From assembly GCA_021325455.1 (NCBI GenBank), contig JAJPHD010000026.1:334722-398721 (forward strand): a stretch of DNA of 64,000 nt, given 5' to 3'. A program made the translations under genes and the position numbers. Positions 19,064 to 25,946 of the stretch are shown piece after piece. The notes under the pieces are model-generated. The model was given only the letters and a program-made list of their open reading frames with translations. It was not told the DNA's origin and searched no databases. Origin of the DNA: Actinomycetota bacterium. GTDB lineage: Bacteria; Actinomycetota; Acidimicrobiia; Acidimicrobiales; JAJPHD01. Each line of letters opens with the position of its first letter. The first letter of the stretch is position 1.

Positions 19064-19956
19064 CCCGCCCGCTCCGCCTGGGTCGGCTCGGCCCGCCGGG
19101 CGTTGTCCACGATGGCGTCGATGATCCGGTCCCAGAGCTCGGGGGGGAGGTCATGGCCCATGCCCGGAACCAGCATGAGCCGGGCACCGGGAACGGCCCT
19201 GGCCGTCGCCTCCCCCCCGCTGGGGGTCACCAGGGGGTCGGCTTCCCCGTGTATCACGAGGGTGGGCACCCTGACCCGGGCCAGGGCCTCCGTGCGGTCG
19301 GGCGAGGCCAGGATGGCGGCCAGCTGGCGAACGACGCCCTGGGGGTGGTAGCCGCGCTGCCAGCACCTCTGCGCCCGGGCCCTCAGCCTCTCGGGGTCGG
19401 GAGGGTAGGCAGGGGACCCGATGACCGCCGCCGAGGCCAGGGAGCCCGCCAGGTAGCTCTCCCAGTCCGTGGCCGGGGGGCGCAGGAGCACCGCCATGGC
19501 CTCCGGGCTGGGCTGGCCCACGCCCCGGGCGCCGGTGGTGGACATGACCGAGCACAGGCTGGCGACCTTCTCCGGGTGGGCCACGGCCAGGGCCTGGGCG
19601 ATCATGCCCCCCATGGATGCCCCCACCACATGGGCCCGCTCCACCCCGATGGCATCGAGCAGCCCGGCGGCGTCCTCGGCCATGTCCTCCAGCCGGTAGG
19701 GGGCAGAGGACGGGTCGCCGCTCATGAGAGCGGCGATGTCAGGGGCAGGTCCACCGTCCAGCTTGGTGGACAGCCCCACGTCGCGGTTGTCGAAGCGCAC
19801 CACCTGGAACCCCCGGCTGGCCAGGGCCTGGCACCAGCTGTCCTCCCACCACACCATCTGGGCCGACAGCCCCATGATCAAGAGCATGGCCGGGTCGGTG
19901 GGCCGACCCGTCAGCTCGTATTCCAGTTCTATGCCGTTGACCAGAGCGCGGGGCAT
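19060..19956 (-). CDS. alpha/beta hydrolase
   Basis: Real part of track ORF 19060..20379; ATG at 19956 is in frame. [17 protein letters not shown]...LIMGLS..., nucleophile elbow [11 protein letters not shown]-terminal GMGHDLP. Confidence 0.8.
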   Translation of the reverse strand: MPRALVNGIELEYELTGRPTDPAMLLIMGLSAQMVWWEDSWCQALASRGFQVVRFDNRDVGLSTKLDGGPAPDIAALMSGDPSSAPYRLEDMAEDAAGLLDAIGVERAHVVGASMGGMIAQALAVAHPEKVASLCSVMSTTGARGVGQPSPEAMAVLLRPPATDWESYLAGSLASAAVIGSPAYPPDPERLRARAQRCWQRGYHPQGVVRQLAAILASPDRTEALARVRVPTLVIHGEADPLVTPSGGEATARAVPGARLMLVPGMGHDLPPELWDRIIDAIVDNARRAEPTQAERAG

Positions 19957-19987
19957 GCCAGATGCTGGCCTTAGCTTGACCAGGCGG

Positions 19988-20779
19988 TCAAGGAGCCACG
20001 TCCCACCACAGGCAGGCCGCCTCGGTGGCAGGCAGGCCCGCCCCCGGGGGGAGGAGGCGGTCCACCTCGGGGTCGGCGCTCGGGTCCAGGCACAGGCGGC
20101 GCCGGACGAAGGCCACGTGCGACCGGCGGTCCAGGTCACCCGCCCGGGGTGGCCGCTCGAAGCGCTCCGCACCGGGCTCGACACCCGCCTCCCTGAGGAG
20201 AGCGATGGCGTCCTCCAGACCGGGGCCCTCGGGCCGGTCAAGGCCGTGGAAGTGGCGCCACAGGTGGTTGAGCCCCGCCTGGGGATGGGCGGTGGTGATC
20301 TCCACGACCACCCGGCGCCGGGCATGCTCGGTGAGGGCGGCGACAAAGGGGGCGGCGTCGGCCACGTTGTAGAGCACATGGTGGCAGACGACCACGTCGG
20401 CCGGGCCCACCTGGCCGGCCACCTCGGGCCAGGTGCCCGTCACCGTCTGGGCCTCCACACCCCGGGCCCCGGCCTTGGCCACCAGCGCCTCGAGCATCGT
20501 GGCGCTCTGGTCCACCGCCGTCAGCCTCCCCGCCGGAGGGACCAGGGCCAGGCCGGCAGCACCGGCGCCTGCCCCCACGTCCAGCACCGAGCCTCCCTCG
20601 GGGAGGGCCTCCAGGGCCCGCCGGCGGGAGGGAGTGTCGGGGGGCTGGTCGGGGGCGGCGAACAGCTCGGGGGGGAAGCCCCACGGAGACTCCGGGGCCC
20701 GGGCCAGTATCTCCTCGGGTATGGCCCAGGAGGCCAGCTGCTCGGCCCACCGCTGGGCCGCTGGTCCTCCGCTCACCAT
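19988..20779 (-). CDS. class I SAM-dependent methyltransferase
   Basis: 263 aa. Motif I SVLDVGAGAGAAG, with DQSATMLE and DVVVCHHVLYNV. Confidence 0.75.
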   Translation of the reverse strand: MVSGGPAAQRWAEQLASWAIPEEILARAPESPWGFPPELFAAPDQPPDTPSRRRALEALPEGGSVLDVGAGAGAAGLALVPPAGRLTAVDQSATMLEALVAKAGARGVEAQTVTGTWPEVAGQVGPADVVVCHHVLYNVADAAPFVAALTEHARRRVVVEITTAHPQAGLNHLWRHFHGLDRPEGPGLEDAIALLREAGVEPGAERFERPPRAGDLDRRSHVAFVRRRLCLDPSADPEVDRLLPPGAGLPATEAACLWWDVAP

Positions 20780-20829
20780 GGGGGAGTCAGGTTAGCGGGG
20801 AGTTAGCCTCTCCCCATGGAGCCCGCCGG

Positions 20830-21315
20830 GTGCCAGGCGTGAAGCGGGTCCCCGAGGTCATCGAGTTCCGCCCACCCGACCTGGGGGAGGTCGTCACCCG
20901 GATGGCCTGGCTGGAGGAGCGGGCCGGTGGCTGGGTCAACTTCCAGCCCGAGGTGAGGGGGGTCCCGCCCCGGCGCCCCAGCGCCCTGGTGTCCCTGTTC
21001 GAGCGCCGTCCCCCGGAGCTCACCCTGGCCACCTGGGCACCCGGCAGGCGCCGGGGGCCGCAGGCCGAGCCCGCCACGGTCGGGATACAGCACGGGCGCC
21101 CGGACACGGTGCGGTCGCTCCTGGTCCGGGCGGGCCTGGCCCTTCCCCCGGGATGGCGCCTGGTGCAGGACCGGCCCCGGGCCGGCCTGGTGGCCAGGCT
21201 CCCCGCCGCTACGCCTCACGAAGAGGTACTGGCCTGGCTGCTGGAGGCCGTGCAGGTGGTGTCGTCCTTCCCCATCACCGGGACCTGGCGGGCCCTCGTC
21301 CACCATCCCCGCTGA
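20830..21315 (+). CDS. hypothetical protein
   Basis: 161 aa with strong GC3 bias consistent with coding. No family recognised. Confidence 0.45.
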   Translation: MPGVKRVPEVIEFRPPDLGEVVTRMAWLEERAGGWVNFQPEVRGVPPRRPSALVSLFERRPPELTLATWAPGRRRGPQAEPATVGIQHGRPDTVRSLLVRAGLALPPGWRLVQDRPRAGLVARLPAATPHEEVLAWLLEAVQVVSSFPITGTWRALVHHPR

Positions 21316-21319
21316 GCGG

Positions 21320-21940
21320 CTACCAGCGCTGGAGCAGCTCGGCCCTCTTGGCGTCGAGCTCGGCCCGGGAGATGATCCCCCGCCGGCAGAGATCGTCCAG
21401 CCTCTCGATCTGGTCGGCGATGGAGAGGAAGTCGGGGTGCCCCGGGGTGGGGCCGGCGCCCGCCCGCCGGCTGCGCTCGACCTGGGTGGAGATCAGGCGC
21501 TGGACGGCGGCCGGGCGCGGCACCCGGGCCATCACGGCCTGGCCCCTCTCCCCCCCGGACTCGATCGTGATGGTCCCGCAGCCCACCAGCCGCTCACCGG
21601 GGGTCTGGCGGTAAGACAGGTCGGCCACCCGGCTGAGGGGGATCTCCCGTCCCTGGCGGACCAGCACCCCCCGGGAGCAGATGACGCGCTCGTTGGTCAC
21701 CACGAAGCTGGTGGTGGCCCACCGGGCGTACCGGGCCGCCACCCAGGCCACCCCTGCCAGCACCACCACTCCCAGAGCCTCCAGCCCCCACCCGGGGACG
21801 GCGGGGAGCACGAAGCCGGCCAGGGCGCCCGCCATGGCCGCCAGGGTGAAGGCGAGCGGGCCGGCCAAAAAGGACCAGTGCGGGCGGAGGTCGACCACCA
21901 CGTCCTCCCCCTCGTCCAGCAGCCGGATCGGGTACGGCAC
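21320..21940 (-). CDS. membrane bPH (YdbS/YdbT-like PH) domain protein with C-terminal SHOCT domain
   Basis: 206 aa. Two TM helices are followed by TSFVVTNERVICSRGVLVRQGREIPLSRV (bacterial PH pattern). The C-terminus DQIERLDDLCRRGIISRAELDAKRAELLQRW is SHOCT-like. Confidence 0.7.
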   Translation of the reverse strand: MPYPIRLLDEGEDVVVDLRPHWSFLAGPLAFTLAAMAGALAGFVLPAVPGWGLEALGVVVLAGVAWVAARYARWATTSFVVTNERVICSRGVLVRQGREIPLSRVADLSYRQTPGERLVGCGTITIESGGERGQAVMARVPRPAAVQRLISTQVERSRRAGAGPTPGHPDFLSIADQIERLDDLCRRGIISRAELDAKRAELLQRW

Positions 21941-21985
21941 CGGCCCGAATCGTACCGATGAGGGGCCGCTTCAGGCCTGCGGCCC

Positions 21986-23107
21986 CTAGCCCAGCTTGCC
22001 GGCGATGGTACCCGCCGAGCGCAGGGCGCTGCCGTCCGCTCCCGCCGTCGTCCATTGGACGGCGGGGCGCCGGGCCGCCTCCTCGACCATGTCGGCGAGC
22101 AGCCGGGCGAACTCGAGGGGCGGGTCCACCCACAGGTACCTGGCCAGGGAGCCCGGGATCGTGTTGATCTCGTTGACGAAGAGCTCCTGGCCGTCGGAGA
22201 GGAAGTCCAGGCGGGCCACCCCCCTCACCCCGGCCAGGACCGCCACCTGGCGAGCGGCCTGGCGCAGGTCGGCCTCCAGGCCGGTGCCGAGGCGGGCAGG
22301 CAGCTCCCGGGGGGCACTCGCCATCCCCTGGCCCCCCACGTACTTGTCCGAGTAGGTGTAGATCTCTGCCCCGGTGGAGGAGCGCAAGGGCCTCTCGATG
22401 GCGGAGAGCTGCAGCTCGGGCCAGGTCCGGACGGCCACCTGGAGGTCGTACAGGTCCGGCCGGTAGGGCTCCAGGACGGCCCCCTGGCGCAGGTGCGGGT
22501 TGGCGACCAGCCGGGCCCGGGCCGTCTCGGCGTCCTCGACCACGTCGATACCGATGGAAGAGCCGCCGAAGCGTGGCTTCACGATGTAGGGGCCGGGAAA
22601 CCCGGGCCAGCCGGGGGGATGGTCGCCCCCCCCGCCCAGCGCCACCCGGGGCAGGCAGGGAAGCCCTGCCGCCGACACCACGGCGCCGAAGCCCAGCTTG
22701 TCCATCCCGAGGGCGGCTCCGGCCGCGGTGGGCCCCGTGTAGGACACCTGGGCCAGGTCCAGGGCGGCCTGCAGGCTGCCGTCCTCACCGGGGCCCCCGT
22801 GGCAGCAGTTCACGGCCACCTCCACCTCCACCGGCCGCTCCCTTCCCAGGCGCCCGCCCGGGGCCACGAAACCCCCCCCGGGGCTGGCCACCAGGCGGAG
22901 GGGGGAGGCACCCCGTGGCGGGCCGTCGGCGAAGTCGGCCCCCTCGAGCCCGGGATCGACCTCGAACCAGTCCCCGGTCTTGGCCCAGTAGAGCCCCCGG
23001 ACCCGGGCCGGGCCGGGGCCGAGGGCCCGGGCCGCCTGCAGCCCGGTCAGCACGCTCACGTCATGCTCGGGGGACGGCCCCCCGAAGATCACCGCGATGT
23101 CTCCCAT
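21986..23107 (-). CDS. ddl: D-alanine--D-alanine ligase-family ATP-grasp enzyme
   Basis: 373 aa. IAVIFGGPSPEHDVSVLTG, HGGPGEDGSLQA, GMDK, KPRFGGSSIG, FVNEINTIPGS = Ddl signatures. Has an extra about 30-aa C-terminal tail. Confidence 0.8.
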   Translation of the reverse strand: MGDIAVIFGGPSPEHDVSVLTGLQAARALGPGPARVRGLYWAKTGDWFEVDPGLEGADFADGPPRGASPLRLVASPGGGFVAPGGRLGRERPVEVEVAVNCCHGGPGEDGSLQAALDLAQVSYTGPTAAGAALGMDKLGFGAVVSAAGLPCLPRVALGGGGDHPPGWPGFPGPYIVKPRFGGSSIGIDVVEDAETARARLVANPHLRQGAVLEPYRPDLYDLQVAVRTWPELQLSAIERPLRSSTGAEIYTYSDKYVGGQGMASAPRELPARLGTGLEADLRQAARQVAVLAGVRGVARLDFLSDGQELFVNEINTIPGSLARYLWVDPPLEFARLLADMVEEAARRPAVQWTTAGADGSALRSAGTIAGKLG

Positions 23108-23119
23108 CTCTCCTCGTTA

Positions 23120-24805
23120 TCAGGGGAAGTGGTCGGGTAGGTCATTCTCGTACAGCACGGCATCGCCCGGCCCCAGGTTCTGGCGCACCCAGGCCACCGC
23201 CTCCTCCCGGTTGGCCACCAGCACCACCCGGGGGCCTGAGGGCAACGGAGCCTCGGGGTCCAGGTCCACCAGGCGCCGGGCGGGCCCGGCCGCCACAGGC
23301 ACGGGGGCGGCCCTGGCGCTGGCCCCCACCCCGGCCAGGAGGGCGCGCCTGTTGGTGTGGCCCACGATGACGAGGTCGCTCACCACCTCCCTCGCCAGGG
23401 CGGCCAGGGCCTGGTTCTCCCCGGCCTGGCGCTCGCCCAGCTCGACCATCCCCGGGGTCACGAGCACCCGCCGGCCGTCCTGCGGGCAGTCCAGGGAGGC
23501 CAGGGCAGCCAGTGCCATGCGGGCACCGGCGGGGTTCGAGTTGTAGGTGTCGTCCAGGATGGAGAACCCCCCCGAGCCTTCCAGGGGGGCCAGCCGGTGG
23601 GCGGCCACGGGCAAGGAGGGCAGGAGCCTGCCCACCTCGTCCCCGGGGACACCCAGCTCGAGGGCCACCGCCACGGCGCACGCCACGTTCGTCGGTGCCA
23701 CCTCGGTCCGGGCCCTGACCCGGCCCAGAGGCCGGCCCCCGACCAGGACCGCCCACATGGGACCGCCAGCCCCGGTCCCTGCAAGGGGAGGACGAGCAGG
23801 AGGAGGGACCGTTTCGTCCCCGGCAGGACCGACGAACACATCGGCGGAGGGGTCGGTACCCGAGCAGCGCCAAACCCGCTTCCCGGATGCCGCCGCCCGC
23901 CCCGCCACCGCCGCCAGCCGTTCGTCATCGACGTTCAGCACGGCCACCTCGGCCCCGGCCAGGATCTCCGACTTGGCCTCCACGATCCTGTCCTCCGACC
24001 CGAACCGCTCCAGGTGCACAGGGCCGATGGCGGTGATCACCGACACCTTGGGATGGGTCCAGGAGCACAGCTCCGCGATCTCCCCCTTGCCGTAGGTGCC
24101 CATCTCGGCCACGAAGACCTCGGTCCCCGGTGCCAGGTGCTCGTTGACGGCCCGGGCCAGACCGGCCCGGTTGTTGTAGCTGGCCGGGCTGGGGACCACC
24201 GAGCGGGTGGTGCCGAGGAGGTGGGCCACGTACCCCTTGGTGCTGGTCTTGCCATACGAGCCCGTGATGGCCACCACGACGGGGCCCACCTTGGCCAGCC
24301 GCTCCGCTGCCCGGCGCACGTAGGGCGCCACCAGCCGGCGCTCCAGCGGGGCGGCCAGGAGGCAGGCCAGGTCCACCGTGGCCGGCACGAACAGGGTGAG
24401 CAGGCCGATCAGGGCTCCCCCACCCCCTGCCTCCGCCCCCACCACGGTTGCCGCTGCCAGGGCCACGAGCTGCAGCAGGGCCCAAATGGCCGCCAGCCGG
24501 CGCAGGCGGGCCGTCCAGGCCAGCTTGGCGGTGCGGCCCCGCAGCCCCAGCCCGAGCGGCCCCCCCGCCACCACGGCCGCCGTCACGACCTCCACCGCCG
24601 GCTGAGAGAGGGAGACCAGCAGGGCCAGGGCGGCCAGCACCCACAGCAGGCGGTTGAACCCGATGCCCCCCCACCAGCGCAGGGCGAAGCGCGATCCCGC
24701 CGGCGCCAGGTAGTGCTCGCGCTGGGCGACCCGCAGCCACCGCACCCCGGCCAGGGCCGAGGCCACCAGGCCCGAGAGGGCAGCGGCCCACAGCGAGGGG
24801 CTCAC
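23120..24805 (-). CDS. MurF-like Mur-ligase family protein with about 150-aa N-terminal multi-TM extension
   Basis: 561 aa. At least 4 hydrophobic helices come before the Mur-ligase P-loop ITGSYGKTSTKGY. AEMGTYGKGEI, DDTYNSNP and LVTPGMVELG are MurF-type motifs. GTGA overlap with the upstream hydrolase stop. Confidence 0.8.
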   Translation of the reverse strand: MSPSLWAAALSGLVASALAGVRWLRVAQREHYLAPAGSRFALRWWGGIGFNRLLWVLAALALLVSLSQPAVEVVTAAVVAGGPLGLGLRGRTAKLAWTARLRRLAAIWALLQLVALAAATVVGAEAGGGGALIGLLTLFVPATVDLACLLAAPLERRLVAPYVRRAAERLAKVGPVVVAITGSYGKTSTKGYVAHLLGTTRSVVPSPASYNNRAGLARAVNEHLAPGTEVFVAEMGTYGKGEIAELCSWTHPKVSVITAIGPVHLERFGSEDRIVEAKSEILAGAEVAVLNVDDERLAAVAGRAAASGKRVWRCSGTDPSADVFVGPAGDETVPPPARPPLAGTGAGGPMWAVLVGGRPLGRVRARTEVAPTNVACAVAVALELGVPGDEVGRLLPSLPVAAHRLAPLEGSGGFSILDDTYNSNPAGARMALAALASLDCPQDGRRVLVTPGMVELGERQAGENQALAALAREVVSDLVIVGHTNRRALLAGVGASARAAPVPVAAGPARRLVDLDPEAPLPSGPRVVLVANREEAVAWVRQNLGPGDAVLYENDLPDHFP

Positions 24806-25590
24806 CGGGGTCGGTGGCGGAGGAGGGCCTGGCGGAGAGCACCGGGCACCTCGATCGGGGTCATGTGCCCGGCTCCGGGGCAGAGGGTGAGCCGGGCGCG
24901 TCCGTCCAGCAGGGCCGAGGCGGCCCGAGCCACCTCCACGGGGACCTCGGTGTCATGCTCGCCCCACACCAGCTCCACCGGGCCGGGCAGGCGGGCCAGG
25001 TCATCGTCATAGGCCTCGTTGACCAGGTGCACGAACACCTCCCGCATCACTCCGCTGGCCTGGCGGTAGTCGGCCGAGCCGTAGCGATGGCGCAGCCTCT
25101 CCATGGTGGCGTCGGGAAGGAGCCCACGGCGGTGAGCGCCTTTGGCCAGGCGGAACGCCAGCGGGGCCCTCCTCGGCCCCCCGCCCACCTGCGCCAGGCT
25201 AGGGACGCCGGTCAGCACCAGCCCTCCCACCAGCGAGGGCCAGCCAGCCGCCAGGCGCACGGCCACCCTCCCCCCGAAGGAGTGGCCCAGCACCACCACC
25301 GGCCGGCCCAGCTCCCCCGCCATGGCCTCCACGACGGGGACCACCGCCCGGGCGTAGCCCTCGGACCCCCACCCCTCAGGCGGCGGCGGGCTGGCCCCGA
25401 AGCCGGGCAGGTCCAGGGCAACGGCATCGAGGGCCGGCTCCGGGCCGGCTCCGGGGGTGGCCGGGACCGGGCCCAGCACGGAGTCGAAGTCGCGGTGGGT
25501 CCTCCGCCAACCGTGGAGGGCCAGTGCCCAGGGAGGGCGGGACCCCGTCCTGGCGCCGAAGAGCCGACCAGCGTCGAAGGAGCTCAGCAT
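24802..25590 (-). CDS. alpha/beta hydrolase
   Basis: 262 aa. LALHGWRRTHRDF, nucleophile elbow GHSFGGRVA, C-terminal GAGHMTP. First gene of the hydrolase/MurF-like/Ddl string. Confidence 0.75.
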   Translation of the reverse strand: MLSSFDAGRLFGARTGSRPPWALALHGWRRTHRDFDSVLGPVPATPGAGPEPALDAVALDLPGFGASPPPPEGWGSEGYARAVVPVVEAMAGELGRPVVVLGHSFGGRVAVRLAAGWPSLVGGLVLTGVPSLAQVGGGPRRAPLAFRLAKGAHRRGLLPDATMERLRHRYGSADYRQASGVMREVFVHLVNEAYDDDLARLPGPVELVWGEHDTEVPVEVARAASALLDGRARLTLCPGAGHMTPIEVPGALRQALLRHRPR

Positions 25591-25650
25591 GGGGTTCGGG
25601 AGAACGGGGTGCGCATCTCGCGGATGGTCACGATAGTGGGCCGATGCCCC

Positions 25651-25679
25651 TTGACTGTGGGACCGGGAGGGTGCAGACT
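25651..25679 (+). promoter_or_regulatory. candidate sigma-A-type promoter: TTGACT - 17 nt - CAGACT
   Basis: TTGACT (25651-56) matches TTGACA at 5 of 6 positions. After a 17-nt spacer, CAGACT keeps the conserved A2/T6 of TANNNT. It would give a leader of about 260 nt before uvrD2. Confidence 0.35.
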
Positions 25680-25699
25680 CCCCCTAGCTCAGCGTGACG

Positions 25700-25932
25700 C
25701 AGCCCAGCGGACGCCGGGGAGAGGGTGGCCACAGGTCGCCCCCCTGGAGCGGGAGCGGGGCGAGGTTGCACTGGGTCAGGGCGTCTAGCCCTGCAGCGGA
25801 ACAGCAGTTCCGCCATAGAGCCGGGTAAGCCCGGAGGCTCGGTCCCGAGGAGACCGGGGAGATCCCCGGCTACTTGGGGCCGAGTCGCGTGGGGGCCCCG
25901 GAGCCAAAACCACATCGGTGTAACGCGGGCTG
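25700..25932 (+). ncRNA. candidate structured RNA / long structured 5' leader of uvrD2 (family not recognised)
   Basis: Four contiguous hairpins: 25777-93 (6 bp), 25796-813 (7 bp, AGCA loop), 25818-40 (8 bp, UAAG loop) and 25841-81 (9+6 bp, including 2 G-U pairs that exist only on the + strand). A closing stem pairs 25700-09 with 25924-32. Confidence 0.3.
25797..25812. promoter_or_regulatory. weak LexA-box-like palindrome CGGAAC-AGCA-GTTCCG
   Basis: The core GAAC-N4-GTTC of the actinobacterial SOS box is present, but the flanks differ from TCGAAC/GTTCGA. It coincides with hairpin 2 of the structured leader, 135 nt upstream of the uvrD2 ATG. Confidence 0.3.
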
Positions 25933-25946
25933 GCTATGGTCGGGCC

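Noticed and set aside
25681-25770. Possible tRNA (perhaps tRNA-Sec, given the selenoprotein selD), suggested by the TAGCTCAGCG string in the uvrD2 upstream region.
   Set aside because: There is no 7-bp acceptor stem and no GTTCGAATC-like T-loop. There is no U-UCA-R anticodon loop, and the surrounding sequence cannot be drawn as a cloverleaf. I found no convincing tRNA anywhere in the window.
25700-25932. Assigning the structured uvrD2 leader to a known RNA family (RNase P, SRP/4.5S, tmRNA, 6S, or cobalamin/TPP/SAM/glycine/c-di-AMP riboswitches).
   Set aside because: None of the family hallmark strings I remember is present: GAGGAAAGUCC, GGAAG..AGCA domain IV, a tag ORF plus tRNA-like end, the B12 box, CUGAGA, and so on. 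I therefore left it as an unclassified candidate.
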